From the NCBI GenBank assembly GCA_964016885.1, contig OZ024743.1, positions 113,398,001 through 113,462,000 of the forward strand: a DNA stretch of 64,000 nucleotides, in the 5' to 3' direction. This document shows, in pieces, positions 13,266-27,525 of this stretch. A program made the translations under genes and the position numbers. The stretch's first letter is position 1, and each line of letters starts with the position of its first letter. The stretch is from Eledone cirrhosa (Eukaryota). The notes beneath the pieces are model-generated. The model was given only the letters and a program-made list of their open reading frames with translations, had not been told where the DNA came from and ran no database searches.

Positions 13266-14071
13266 TGTATAGATGATGATTGTTGGGCATTATTCAAGAC
13301 CTGTGAATAGATGGGTTAGGGAGACCATATTTTACTAAGAATCATTCCATTGTGGCATCATTTTCTACAGCTGGATGCACTTCCTAATGCCAACCATTCT
13401 CCAGAGTGCATTGGGTGCATTTTATCATGACACCAATACTAGAGAGGTTGTCTTGTTTAAAGAGCACTAGAAAGTCCTCTTTCTTCCTTTTCCATGATTC
13501 TATGGATTGTGTCAAAAAAAGTATGTTCATCCAATTTTAAGATATTAGGGAGATTTTGCTGTTATTTCTAGCAAATTAAGGACCTCATAAGTGCTTTCCC
13601 ATTGACTTGCTTCACCATTGTTGTTGATGGTGGTGATGTTGGTGTTATTTAACTCCAATTAAACCCAGATCAAGCAAATCCATTATTCAAGATGGGAGAA
13701 TTATGAAGATTTGACTGATATTTCTAGCACATTATGGGCCCTCATAAAGGCTTTTCCATTGATTTTGCTTCACTATTGTTGTTGTTCATGCTGATGATGT
13801 TGTTTAACCCCAGGTCAATGTTCATCAAGCAGATCTATGATCAAAGATGTTCTTGCTTTGACCATCCCATATCTGTTTGATATCATGGACTACATTATCT
13901 GATGTGTCCTTCCAGTTTTTAGAATAGAAAAGAGTAAACTGAGAATGATTTGGTTGCAGTTTCTAGCCACTCAAGTGACTGCATATTTGTCACTTTTGTA
14001 GGTGGAATATTTAGATGTCATTTGTGTGGGGAAATGGACACAAAAATGATGATGATGATGGTGATGGCAGC

Positions 14072-14136
<65 letters not shown>

Positions 14137-14699
14137 CAGTAGTAGCTAATAGCTGGAAATCTTAATTTTTTTTTTTTTTCAAAATAATGTTCACAGGTAT
14201 GCATGCAACAACCATCACCACCCCTACTCACACACAAATGCCCACACAAATTTTGTTTATTTGTTTATTTGTAGTGTGTGTGATTGTGTGTGTGAGAGAG
14301 AGGGAGAGAGAGAAAGTGTGTGGATGTGTACATGTGTGTATGTGTGTGTAAGAGAGAGAGATAATGCCACTATGAATCTCTATTTCTCTTTGTTTAAATG
14401 TTATATCTATTTATATGTTGTATCCAGAATACTTTAAGGTGAATCATTCATTCGACCACTTCTAACTAGAGTTCATTTAGCATCTTTGTTGAAAAATTAA
14501 TCAGCTTATTATACTTTAGTTGATAATCTGTCTGTGCTAAGGTAAATAGATTACAGCTACTAATCTTCCTCATGTTCACTATACATATATATAGAAATAT
14601 ATAAATTTTGCTAATGATTCATTAATTAATGGACTAGGATCTTTACTTTCTTCTACATGTAGGACCAAGCACCCTACCCTGTTTAGCAATGTAATAATA

Positions 14700-14736
14700 G
14701 TAATAATAATTGTTTCTTATATAGGCACAAGGCCAG

Positions 14737-14772
<36 letters not shown>

Positions 14773-15752
14773 GTCGATTAAATCAACCCCAGTGCGTGAC
14801 TGGTACTTTATTTTATCAACCCCGTAAGGATGAAAGGCAAAGTTAACCTCGGCAGGATTTGAGCTCGGACCGTAAAGGGGTGTTACTATGCTGCAATGCA
14901 TGGCGGCTGACCCTAATAATAATAATAATAATAGTAATAATAATAATTATTGTTTCTAATTGGGCACAAGGCCAGAAAATTTGGGAGAGGGTAAAATCGA
15001 TTAAATCGACCCTAATGCATTATTGGTACTTTATTTTATCAACCCCGTAAGGATGAAAGGCAAAATTAACCCCAACGGGATTTGACCTCAGAAGGTAAAT
15101 GGCCATAACTAAATACTGCAAATAATAATAATAATGGTTTCTGATTGAGGCACAAGGCCTGTAATTTTGGGGGAGAGAAAAGTTGATTAAATCCACCCCA
15201 GTGCATTACTGGTATTTTATTTCATTGATCCCCGCAAGATGAAAGGTAAAGTTAATCTGGGGGAGGGGGACAATTTGAACTCAGAACGTATAGTACCATT
15301 ACTAAATACTGCAAATAATAATAATAAGACAGATTATATGTACCAAGAACAATGGGAACAGTGAGTATTGATCTTGAGAAGTACATTAAACAAATAGGGA
15401 TTGCAATATGGATGGAACACTTACAAAAAACAGCATTGCTTAGAACAGCTCGAATACTCTGGAAGGTACTTGAAAATTAAGGGGTGTTACCTCAGTTCAC
15501 TCATAATACAGCTAACACTGTTTTACATCTCCAGCATTATAAGCTGAACGAAGAAACAACAGTTATAATAATTGTTTCTACTTTAGGCACAAGGCCAGCA
15601 ATTACCTAGTGCATTACTGGTACTTTATTTTATCGACCCCGTAAGGATGAAATGCAAAGTCAACCTTGGCAGGATTTGAACTTAGATCGTAAAGAGACGT
15701 AACTATGCTGGAAAGCATGGCATCCGACCCTCTACCGATACTGCCAATCCAA
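14700..15752 (-). mobile_element. Stack of four family-A SINEs in (TAA)n, with an R4/Dong-like LINE 3' tip at ~15350-15560 (+)
   Basis: Repeated ggcacaaggccag...gtaaggatgaaaggcaaag units; plus-strand IGIAIWMEHLQKTALLRTARILWKVL. Confidence 0.8.
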
Positions 15753-15769
15753 TAATAATGATAATGTTA

Positions 15770-17700
15770 ATAATAGAGACCAACTTTTCATTAACCGTAT
15801 GATTCTGGAAAACTGTCATAACAAGTACAGAATTTTTAGTATTGCTTGGATTGACTATAAAAATGCATTTGATAGTGTTCGATTTTGAAAACTTTGTATG
15901 AAAATTTCCTCAGTAATATCAAACTTCCTGAAATGGAAAATCAAATCTATCATTGTTACACAGTGATGAAACTATAAATTTCAGCAGCATAAGTATTAAC
16001 TGTGGTATCTTTCAAGGTAATTCGTTTTCTCCTCTGATATTTTGCATTGCACTCACACTGCTCTCTTTAGTGCTGAACAAACAAACTAAAGTTACAAAAT
16101 AGGCAGCAAAACCATAAATCATGTTTTATATGGATGACATGAAACTGTATGCCAAAAATGACAGTGAATTGAAAGGAGAGCTGAAGACAGTTAAGGTATT
16201 CAGCGATGGTGAGGGGATGGAGTTTGGACTGGAAAAATGCGCCAAAGCAACATTCAAGAAAGGTGGAATGACAAGCACAAATTCAATAGGAATAGATGTG
16301 AAGACAATAATAAAGGAATTAGAACAGGAACAAGCCTACAGATATCTAGGGATCAAGGAAGGAATTCTGCAGGGGAGTACATGCTGTCTTAAAAACTGAG
16401 CTCAACTCAAAGAACAAAATATCTACCATAAGTGCACTTGCAATACCAGTTGTCACCTATAGTTTCAATTCAATATCATGAAATAAAGATGGATGCCAAA
16501 AGCAGGAAACTTCTGACCTGTAATAAACATCACTCAAAAACAGATGTGGGTTGCCTCCATCTCCCTAGACAAAACGGAGGCAGATGAATGATTCAGCTTG
16601 AGCTGTCATGCAAGATATCAAACATTGGACACAAAGAATACTTTAAAACTTCAGATGACTGGATGATGAAAATGGTTGCAGATCATGAAAGGGAGAAGAG
16701 GTTATATTAAATCACAAAGGAATGTAGGAAGTTTGTGGAAGAATTGAGAATACATTTTGAAAATGATGGTGATTCTGTAATTAAAGCTGCAAAGAACATC
16801 AAAATGCTGGCAAAACATAAAGATCAATGGAGACTGTGCACTAAATTGGAGCAAAAACCGCTGCATGGACAGTATGTTCTCCATAGCAAAGAACCTGATG
16901 TAAATCAAACTCTCACCCAGAGGTGGCTGCAGAGTTCTGGGCTAAAAGTAGAGAGTGAGGTCTTAATTTTGACTGCACACGACCAATGTCTCCCAACACG
17001 CAACTTTCAAGCCAATGTGATCAGAAATAGAACTGACCCAAAGAGTCGATTCTGAATGAGCATGATGAAACCATTGACCAAGTGGTTTCAGGCTACATTA
17101 GCTCCCCAGGAATATAAAACAAGGGATGATAGAGTGGAGCAATACTTACACAAGGTCATATACAAGTTTTATGGTCTGAAAATGGAGGGAAAATGGTACA
17201 ACCATCACCCAGATGCAGTAACAGGAAGTGAGAATGTAACAATCCTATGGAATTTCCCTGTGAGCACTGACAGAATGATAATAGCCAACAAACCTGATAT
17301 AATTGTGAAGATCTATAAAAAGAAAACCTTAAATGACATAAGCATTCCATCAGATCATAACATCTCTTTGAAAGAGTTCTGAATGCTCAGTAAATATAAA
17401 TATCTGATAATTGAAATTGAGAAAATGTGGGATCCTAAAGCCTGTACAACACCAGTGATAGTCAGTGCACTTGGAATGATAAAAAAGGGTAATGAAAATA
17501 TTTAGACCAGATATGTGGAATGTCATCTATGACTGCCCATGTCCTAAGAAGTGCACTATCAATTTAAATACCTTGTTTATACTCTTATGGCATCATTTTT
17601 ATGACCATTAATTATAAAATGTGTGTATTATCAAATTTTACCTCAGGTATCAAGTTAACACTTGGTATATGAGAAAGAAGCAGAATTCAAAGGAAGTTTC
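15770..17700 (+). mobile_element. R4/Dong-like non-LTR retrotransposon (RT plus RLE), 5'-truncated and degenerate
   Basis: IAWIDYKNAFDSV, YMDDMKLY, YRYLGI, LHGQY, ANKPDIIV, DISIP and PVIVSALG motifs; flanked by (TAA)n-like sequence. Confidence 0.88.
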
Positions 17701-17719
17701 AAATAACAATGATAATAAT

Positions 17720-18125
17720 AATAATTGTTTCTACTTTTGGCACAAGGCCAGCAATTACCCCAGTGCATTACTGGTACTTTATTTTATCGACCTCCTAAGG
17801 ATGAAAGGTAAAGCTAACCTCAGCGGAACTTGAACTCAGAACGTAAAGGGCCGTAACTCTATGCTGCTGAAACATGTTGTCCAACACTCTACCGATTCTG
17901 AATAATAATAATTTCTGCATTAGGCATATGGCCAATAATTCGGGGTGTAGGAAAAGCCGATTAGATCAATCCCAGTTCTTTACTGGTCCATTATTTTATC
18001 AAACCCAGAAAGATGAAAGGCAAAGTTGAACTCGGTGGAATTTGAACTCAGAATGTAAAGAGCTGCAACAAAGACTGCTAAGCATTTGTCTAGTGCTCTA
18101 ACAACTCTGCCAATCCACTGCCTTG
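17720..18125 (-). mobile_element. Two family-A-related SINE copies
   Basis: B-box and body match the copy at 8868-9061. Confidence 0.8.
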
Positions 18126-18304
18126 CAATGTGATAATAATATAATATATACCATCTGTTGATGGTTGACATCACTGTCATCTCACAGATGGCATGTATAT
18201 ATGTTAGGGAGATAACTTTAGTTATATATATATATTTTTCTTTTCTTTTTTCTTGTTTCCCTTTTCTAGTCTCATCACACTAATTCAATACTGTAGCAAA
18301 CATC

Positions 18305-20399
18305 TTAACCCTTTCATTACCATATTTCTAATCAAAGACCCAGCCTATGAGTTTCAAATAATCAAGTATTTAGAAGTGGTAAGAAACTCTCAGGAGAGCT
18401 GAACAGCAGGTCTTCAAGCAAGAGTTTTGGCCCTTAACTTATTTTAGTAATAAAACATTCTTATTGTTAAACTACTGTTTGGAACATAACAAAGGTTCTT
18501 ACATAAAATTACGATGGCAAGATAGAAATGTTTTAGATAGATCGTCGTCATCTTTATCATCATCATCTTTATCATTTTACATCTGTTTTCCCATGCTTGC
18601 ATGGATTGGATGGGTCTTTTCTAGTAAAGCTTCACTCCACTTACTGTATTCCTTTGTCAGGTTCAGTGTTTTGAGGTCTACTCTCACCAATTCTACTCAA
18701 GTCTTCTTTGGTTTTCTTCCACTAAAAACCATGACTAGCACAAAAATAGAAACACTTAAAAAAAGATCATGTAGTATGGTATCAAATGGTGTAAGTTTGG
18801 CAGTGAGAGCATTCGTTCTAAAGTCAATGGTGTGGTAAAGACAGACAGTGTAACATTGGTGATGTAAATAGTCGGTGTGAACCCGGGCGGATAAGAATAA
18901 CATTACACAAGACATCCAACCTGGTGCGTCTATTTCTTCTGTTCTAAGCAAGTTGGGTAGCTGGACAGGCTTTTGGTTTCGCAGCTGCTGGCTTGGGTTG
19001 TTGGAGCTGTGTTGTAGTTGGAGCCTTGCAAGTATAGAGAGTGGATGGTGACATGACAGGCCTAACTCCTTTGATACCAAACCACCTGAGATCACCCTTG
19101 TTTTTATGGTATTAAGCTGGATATTTTAAAGTGTTTATATTTATCTAAAAACCTATCATAATTTTTATGTTGTAACTTTTGTTAAATTATAGTTTAAAAA
19201 CTAGCATAATAATGAGAAATTTAATTACATTACAAAATCTCCCTAAATTCTTGATTATTTCATAAATTATTTGAAAAACTCGGGCATGCTAAATATAACT
19301 GGGCCTTTTTTAAGGCAATGATTTATTATCAGATGCTCTATCTAGGCTAAACAAAACAACAATCATAACTTTTTCTACTTTAGGCACAAGGCCAGCAATT
19401 ACCCAGTGCATTACTGGTACTTTATTTAATCGACCCCGTAAGGATGAAAGGCAAAGTCAACCTCGGCGGGATTTGAACTCAGATCGTAAAGGGATGTAAC
19501 TATGCTGGAAAGCATGGCGTCCGACCCTCTACCGATACTGCCAATCCACCGCCCTACAATCATAATGATGTGTAAATGCATTTGACCTGGTGGTTAGTGT
19601 GTTGAACTTATGATCATAATCTTCTGGGTTCAATTTCTGAACATGGTCGTGTATTGTATTCTTGAGCAAAACACTTAATTTCATGTTGCTCCTGTACATT
19701 ATCATCATCAATGCCGTTTTACGTCCATTTTTTGACACAAGCATAGGTTAGACGAGTTGTCCTGTTGTGGGTAATGCCAGATCAGGTGACCATGTCTTGT
19801 TCATATAGAACTGATTTTGGCTTGGTTTCTACAGCTAGATGCCCTTCCTAACGCTAATCTCACTGAAAAGGAGTACCAGTAGTAGCTGCGAGTTAACCCT
19901 GTGATGGACTAGCATCTTATCCAGTGGGGAGTCATGAAACTAGGATAAGCACCATCTTAATAAGCAGCTGGTCTTGGAATAGACTTTAGCTTTATCAAAT
20001 TTATGGCAGATAGTTATGGCCCTTTACGTTCTGAGTTCACATCCCGCTGAGGTTAACTTTGTCTTTCATCCTTATGGAGTCAAAAATTAAAGTACCAGTA
20101 AGCACTGTGGTTGATTTAATCGACTTTCCCCTCCCTTCAAATTGCTGTCCTTGTGCCTAAAGTAGAACTATTATTGAGTTCAAATCCCGCTGGGGTTAAC
20201 TTTGCCTTTCATCCTTACGGAGTCGATAAAATAAAGTACCAGTCATGCACTGAGATAATTGCTGGCCTTGTGCCAAAAGTAGAAACAATTATTTATTTAG
20301 TGTTTGAAGCATAACTTAAGAAATGTTCTTATATAAAATTATAATGGAATGTTGTAGAACCAGAAATGGTTTCAAGCTGTTTGGTATCAAAAGAGTTAA
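18305..20399. mobile_element. piggyBac-type MITE family 2, ends separated by nested insertions
   Basis: ttaaccctttcattaccatatt at 18305 and tggtatcaaaagagttaa at 20399; related compact copy at 57493-57729; SINEs nested at 19370-19556 and 20010-20292. The pairing of the two ends is uncertain. Confidence 0.55.
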
Positions 20400-21244
20400 C
20401 TATGTTTTATTTTTTTATTTCTTTCTTTCTCAAACATGATGTAAACTTTCATTCCAGAGAAAAAGAAACATAAGTATCGGTATAGACCGAGATAGACTGG
20501 GAAATAGATATACCGATGAGAGTGTCTCTATGAGGTTGTTCTATATACTAGAAATAGAAGCTAAAGCTCTCTCAAATCACACACTCTTACATCTTGAAAA
20601 AAGAAGGAGGGTGGTCACACTGGGCATTGTAGTCTTAGCTATACAAAAACAAAAGAAGGTATTGGTATGTTTGGAATGTCCTTGATCATAAGTTGTCTCA
20701 ATGAAAGTTTGATCTAAGGTTAAATAACAATAACACCACGTAATTATTGTGACAATCATAATATCGTCCTTATTCTTTTGTTTCTTTGGTGCAATAATTA
20801 ACCCTTCCAAGGACATATTCCTAACGAAATATACTGTATTCTTTAATTATCTATAAGATTAAACAAGAATTTGGAAGAAATTAGCTAACAAATAAGTTTC
20901 TCATCAATTATTAAGTCCATGTGTGGAATATAACTTAACATAAACAATAGAAATTCTTATATACTGTAAAATTATGATGGAAGTTTTTAGTTTAGATGTG
21001 AACATTTTCATCATTATCATTTTGGCTTTTCTATGATAGCATAGATTGGACGGGACTTTTTGAGGTATGACCTTCCTCTTGCTAAATCTTACTTGGTTTG
21101 ACACGTGACGTTATTTTCAGAAAAAATTGTTTGTGAACTAAGGTACCACTGTATACACACACACACACACAAATGCACACACATATAGATATATATGTAT
21201 GTGTGTGCATATATATATATATTATACACACACGTCATTGACAG

Positions 21245-21375
21245 ACATAAGAATGAGTACTCAATACAAAAGTAGAGTTTAATTATTCTTTATTATGACA
21301 AAGTTTTGTGTCTTGTTAATTCTTGAGTTTCACCTGTGTACTCATAGGATCATCGATGATTCTGTGAGTACACAG
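21245..21375 (-). mobile_element. Penelope-like pLTR remnant: truncated hammerhead folded back in its core, plus UU-bulge hairpin
   Basis: Minus strand reads cGATGA-t-cctatgagtacacagg-t-GAAActc...; palindrome 21334-21375; ACTC-TAC-tttt-GTA-TT-GAGT at 21259-21278. Confidence 0.65.
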
Positions 21376-21933
21376 AAGTAACATTATTATATGTATCGGT
21401 AGTGGGTCATACACTATGCTTGGCAGCATAGAGTTAAGGCTCTTTACGGTCTGAGTTCAAATCCTACCAAGGTTAACTTTGCTTTTCATCCTCTCGGGGT
21501 CAATAAAATAAAGTACCAGTAATGCACTAGGTAATTGCTGGCCTTGTGCCAAAAGTAGAAACAATTATTATATATAGAGAGAATAACAGAGTAGATGTAT
21601 ATGTATATGTGTGTGTATGCATTATAAATGCATATTATATATGTATATGATAGTGAAAATAGATGGTTTAGGGGTTAAGATGTTCAGTCTGTGATCATAA
21701 GGTCGTGTGATTAATTCCTGGACCAAGTGGCATATTGTGTCCTTGAGCAATAATACACTTTATTTCATTTTGCTTCAGTCCACTCAGCTGGCAAGAATTA
21801 GTTGTACCTGTAATTCAAAGAGTGAACCTTGTCAAACACTGTGTCATGTTGAACCTTCTTGTCTATAGAATACTCAGCCACTTACACATTAGTTTTACAA
21901 GCAGGCAGTTCCGTTTGATTGAATCAACTGAAG

Positions 21934-22086
21934 CAGCAGTTGCCAAATGGTGGTTTGCGGACCACTGGTGGTCAGAGAGAAAATTTTGGTGGTCCGCAGA
22001 AAAATTTAAATGTATTTATTTATTTTTAAAAAAATTTATATTAGTAATTTAGTGGTCCATGAGGTCCGAAAGTTTGGCAACCACTG
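21934..22086. mobile_element. hAT-type MITE
   Basis: TIRs cagcagttgccaaa / tttggcaaccactg; 8-bp TSD aactgaag / aactggag. Confidence 0.85.
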
Positions 22087-22149
22087 AACTGGAGCACTTG
22101 ATGTTGGAAACAACAGTGGTTCAACAACATATGATAGATATTATTTTCT

Positions 22150-22374
22150 TTTATTTGAAGGTCCCACTCGGTCACAAATGATCATGGTTTTGCCCCTAGA
22201 AAGTTTCCCTCCGAGGTACAAGCCTGGGCAAGGTTTGTTTTGTGGAAGACCAGTAGTCACCCGTGCATACAGTCTCCCCTCTCCATGCCACCGATGTTGT
22301 CCAAAGGAAAGGTAATGACCGATACAGCTTGGCACCAGTGATGTCGCAACTCATTTCTACAGCTGAGTAAACTG
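22150..22374 (-). mobile_element. SINE family B body and 3' end
   Basis: Shares cagtttactcagctgtagaaatgag with 27801-27940; its 3' part recurs at 27680-27782. Confidence 0.7.
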
Positions 22375-23824
22375 ATAGATAGCTTGTGTATAAATTGTAG
22401 GACTAACATATCTTACTCTGTCTCCTATCTTGGCTTAGCCTGAGGGAGTTTAATTATAATGAAAGGATCAGAGATGGTGATAGGTATGGTGGGGTTGGTG
22501 GTAAAACTGTGTTGAGAATATTTTGAATATAAAGTGTCTCACAACTTTGTGTGTAGATGGGATAAGTTGTGTGAGTGTACATGTGTTTATATGTGCATAG
22601 TGCATATGTAGGTGTTTATGTAGGTTGTGTGTGTGTGTGTAGGGCATATATATATCTGTTTATGTTAAGTGTGAGGTGTTGTGTGTGTAGTGGTGTTTCT
22701 ATGTGTGATTCTTTGTGTGTGTGTGTAGAGTATTTATCTGTGTGTGTTTGTATCTGTGATGGTATTTGTGTGAGGGGATGTATGCACTTATGTGTCTGTG
22801 TGTCTGTATGTGTGCATGTGTATATTTGTGTGCATATGGATGTGTTTGTGTGCGTGTGTGCATACCTGTGCAAGATTTAGGTGATGTGTGTAGGGCGTTT
22901 AATTATGTGTTTATGTTAAGTGTGTGTGTGAGGTGTTGTGTGTAGTGGTCTTTGTGTGTGTGTAGAGTATTTATGTGTGTTTGTTTGTATCTGTGATGGT
23001 ATTTGAGTGTGTGTGGAATGTATGCACTTATGTGTCTGTATGTGTGCACGTGTATGTTTGTGTGTGTGTACATAGCTGTGCATGATAAATTACTAATTGA
23101 CATAATCAGTTCTAAAATAGAGTACTTCTAAATGGCTGCTAAACCTTCTAGAAACACGATCTAAATCACCCTAAAATTCTCTTATCATCATTTTATGTCT
23201 ACTTTTCAATGCTGGCATGGGTTAGACATATTGTTATGGTCTGGTTGCAGTTAGTTCTTATTTAGAGCTACTGCCCCTTCTAGACAGGATGGAGAAAATG
23301 TCTTGTTTTCTATTGGCTTGATGTCCTGCCCATCATCAACCACTTATGTTGTTAGTTAACCCTAGCCTAAGGCAAGCCCCATCAACAGGATTTGGTGCTT
23401 GGGAGTAGGGGTGGGGACACTCTAATTCACAATAATTATAAAGTATGAGTTTTGAAATAAGCATATTAGCATAAATCTGAGGGTGCAACATGGAGGGGAG
23501 GCAGTGCCACCCATGTCCAACTGTCACCCCCACTTTAGCTGCCAGTGATGGATCCTGCATTCACCTCTGGCAGTAGTTTTAAATGTAACTGAAAAAGGCC
23601 TTTGCCAAAGTTCCATGCTCTAGAGTTTGGTGGTCATTATGAAACCATATTTTATTTATGTTTTTAATCATCATCATCATCATTTAACATCCATCTTCCA
23701 TACTAGCATGGGTTAGACAGGATTGTCCCACTTGATGAAAGATTGGTCGGGTGATCGTGTCTCACTCGTATAGAACTGTATCTGGCAGGTTTTCTATGGC
23801 TGCATGCCCTTCCTAACACCAACC

Positions 23825-24242
23825 ACATTTATAGTGTGGACTGAGAGCTTTTTTACCGTGTCTCCTACATGACCACTTTACATCGTGGACTGAGAGGCTT
23901 TTTTAATGTGTCTTCTACATGACCACTTTACATCGTGGACTGAGATCTTTTTTTACCGTGTCTCCTGCATGACCACTTTACATCGTGGACTGAGAGGCTT
24001 TTTTAATGTGTCTTCTACATGACCACTTTACATCGTGGACTGAGAGGCTTTTTTACCGTGTCTTCTACATGACCACTTTACATCGTGGACTGAGAGGCTT
24101 TTTTACCGTGTCTTCTACATGACCACTTTACATCGTGGACTGAGAGGCTTTTTTACCGTGTCTCCTGCATGACCACTTTACATCGTAGACTGAGAGGCTT
24201 TTTTACCGTGTCTCCTACATGACCACTTTACAGCATGGACTG
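23825..24242. repeat. 50-bp minisatellite, about 8 units, within an RTE-tail element
   Basis: gaccacttta recurs at 23871, 23921 ... 24221 with an exact 50-bp period. Confidence 0.92.
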
Positions 24243-24267
24243 TTATGTTCTGTGGTACCAACATAAC

Positions 24268-24308
<41 letters not shown>

Positions 24309-24312
<4 letters not shown>

Positions 24313-24500
24313 TAAAAGTTTAACAAGGTTCATTGAATTAATCAATGAATAAAGTTTTACAATAGATTAGAAGCACTCAACAGAAGGTTTTCTGGAGTTA
24401 TTAATATTACTTCAAAATATTAATAAATATAGACATTCATGTTTATAAAATATATTTGATCACATGAATGTCTATATTTATTAATATTTTGAAGTAATAT
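24309..24500 (-). mobile_element. (TA)n-embedded insert: 39-bp-arm palindrome followed by UU-bulge hairpin (Penelope-like tail)
   Basis: atattacttc...acattcatgt / acatgaatgt...gaagtaatat; minus strand ACTC-CAG-aaaacctt-CTG-TT-GAGT at 24375-24398. Confidence 0.65.
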
Positions 24501-25173
24501 ATATATATATATAAGCATAAATATCAGCAACCTATACCATCAATATCTGGAGAACCCTCTCTGGCATGCAGTATGTAAATAAATAGTTTATAAAATTCAT
24601 GTAAAAACCTAGCCAGAAACAGTTCTATATGAGTAAGACATGGTCAGATGACCCAACTTGCCTCTAATAAGACAACCTGTCTAACCCGTGCTAGCGTGGA
24701 AAATTGATGTTAAGTGATGATGATGATGTAAGCCATGTACATGGATGCTGTGAACAAGGTGAGAATTAGTAATGGAGTTTGAGGAATTGAGCATGCAGAT
24801 AGATATCCACTTCCTCTCTCTCCTTTGGCAATGAGTACACTAATGTAGATTAACCATCTAGCAAAATAAGCACATGTTTAGGACATTAAGGAAAGAGGGG
24901 CACTATTATTTTTATATGAATTCAATTTATTTGTAATTTCACCAATATATGTTTTGCAGACTTTATATATGGTGTCCGGGAGGGGGGGGGGGGGGGGGGG
25001 GGCATCATAATCTTTTAAATGCTAAGAGCCTGAAAAGAAATTAATCTGGCCTTGAACCAGGTTCAACATTGATCCAGCAGATCTTATAATCAAAGACATT
25101 CATTCCAGTTGTGATCTTCCCATTGTTTTAGAGCCAACTAGGATTACACAGGACTTATGTGCCCTTTTCTTGT

Positions 25174-25401
25174 TTAGCCCTTTAGTATTTAAACTGGCTG
25201 TATCTGGCTAGAATTCTCTCACCTATTTCTGTTCAAACCGGCTGTAACTAGCCACTCATACTGACGTTAAGGCATTGTTCTCAAAATAGATAATATCAAA
25301 ATCTCATAGATTCGATATCATATGAGATACTATGTGAGATAAAGCTTTTAATGCGAAAATACAATAGTTTATATAGAGTAATGTAAATGCTAAAGGGTTA
25401 A
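25174..25401. mobile_element. piggyBac-type MITE (family of 8144-8672), reverse orientation
   Basis: ccctttagtattt ... aaatgctaaaggg-ttaa; body is the reverse complement of 8144-8345. Confidence 0.78.
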
Positions 25402-25725
25402 TGTGGTAGGGTGTGATTTGAGGAGGGAGATTTAGCAGCTATTTCTAGCAGGTCAAGTGGCCACATTAAAGCTCCCTAATTGTTTTGTTAATGTAAATCT
25501 CCTTGGTAGAAGGAGCAGTCCTTGACATTTCAACTTGCTGCTTTCCTTCCATTCTAAAGACACTGCATCCTTTTTCTCCTTTGACATTCCTCTCCAATTT
25601 ATATCACACTCAGCTCTTCCTTCTTTCTCTTACACACTGTCTTCTCTTTCTCATTTATATATATATAGCCTATTTTTCTGTATTTCATTCTCCCTCTCTA
25701 TCTCAGGATAGATCACAGCATAACT

Positions 25726-25770
<45 letters not shown>

Positions 25771-26764
25771 CCTCTCTCTCTCTCTCTCTCTCTCCCCCTC
25801 TCTCTCTCTCGATCTAATCATCATCATCTCATATTGGACTGTATTCCAAAACGAATCAGGAATATTGTGTACTTTGATTCTGAGATTACTGCAATGATGA
25901 TGATGATGATGATGATGTCTATATGAAGATGATAATGATATGTGTGTCACTGGCAGCAATGGTGGCGATGATGATTGTGTGAGTGTGTGTGTGCATATAT
26001 GTATATTTTGTTGATTTCCAAAATTTGGTTGACTTCCAAAACTGCCCCCAGAGGATAGTGGCCAGTAGTCAACAGAGAGACAGTCCACAAGGAGGGTGAC
26101 AGGCAGATGAAAGACAGAAAAGATTGAAAGAAGAGGAGGACAAAGAGAAGTGTGCCGGCGCACAGAAGTGACTGGAAGAAAGGAAACAAAGAAAGACGGT
26201 GTATAAGACAAGTCTACTCCCATACATCTTCACCCTCATCAGCTCCCAAACCAGCAAAATGGTTTCGCACGAATTAATTGAAAATACCATTTTTAAAATG
26301 TTGAATCATGTAACAGAAAAATAAACCTTTCTGCTGGTATGATGTGGTGTGATAAAACAAACAGCACAGATAGAAGGACGAAAGAAAACAAAGATATTTT
26401 TGGTACAATATATATACTATAGTGGAAAAGTGTGTGCATGGGGGACTTGTATCACAAAGTCTCAACCTGCCAAGTTGACATTGCAAGGTGTAACGGTGGG
26501 GATGGGAGAGTTGCTTGAAATGGCATCCAGGATACACTACATAGTAAAAATCCGCCTAGTCTTATGATAAGAAGAGGTACAATAAACAATAGTTTCACAG
26601 TATTTTACAAGTAACCATTTAGGTACAAATAACATTTTAGGCATTATTTAGGAGAATTAATTAACAAGTTTTTGATAGAATAATAAAAAGGTTTCGTTTA
26701 GAATCTAGAAGGTTTGTTAGCTACATACGTTCCACTGGTTGGTGGAAACACACACGTATTCATG

Positions 26765-26839
<75 letters not shown>

Positions 26840-27072
26840 CAGATCATCACTTTAATGTCCTCATTTCCTGCTAGCAAGAGTCTGATGGGACTTACACGTA
26901 AACCAAATCAGTACTGAAGCTGGGAATAGAATGAAGCAGTTCTAGTCTTGTAGTAGAAGTCCTTTCTCTCTATATATGTGTTTACATGCCTACAAATTAG
27001 ATATGTGTATATATATATATATACGTTGGTGCAGTCTCGATTACACACTCTGTATTTATGTAGATATAACTT

Positions 27073-27113
<41 letters not shown>

Positions 27114-27221
27114 TGTAGAAAACCTGCCAGACAGTCCTATGCGAGCAAGACAACCACTCTTGCCTCAAGTGGGAAAACCCCCGTCCAAACCCATGCAAGC
27201 GTGGAACACGGACGCTAAACC

Positions 27222-27258
<37 letters not shown>

Positions 27259-27525
27259 ATATGTATATATAACCGGTCCTGGCATTGTTAAATACGCCGG
27301 GTCCATCAACTTATTATTATATATATATATATTGCTGGCCTTGTGCCTAAAGTAGAAACAATTATATATATATATATCCAGGGAGTGTAACGTGAAGTTA
27401 CTGTAGGTTCACTCAGGTGAACACTCCATGTTTAGATTCATGTCAGTAGCGAGGTGTAGAGCTAGACAGAGTGTAATATAATAATACAAGGATGATTTGT
27501 TAAGCCTTCATTATATTTATTGATT

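Noticed and set aside
23825-24242. CRISPR-like regular array
   Set aside because: Head-to-tail 50-bp units without unique spacers, in a eukaryotic context with no cas genes.
26225-26250. CTGATGA on the minus strand (also CTGAGGA at 34583 and CTGAAGA at 59936)
   Set aside because: No correctly placed stem II, GAAA and stem I; treated as chance matches.
25480-26600. Host exons in unique-looking sequence
   Set aside because: No recognisable protein motif or consistent splice-site pair.
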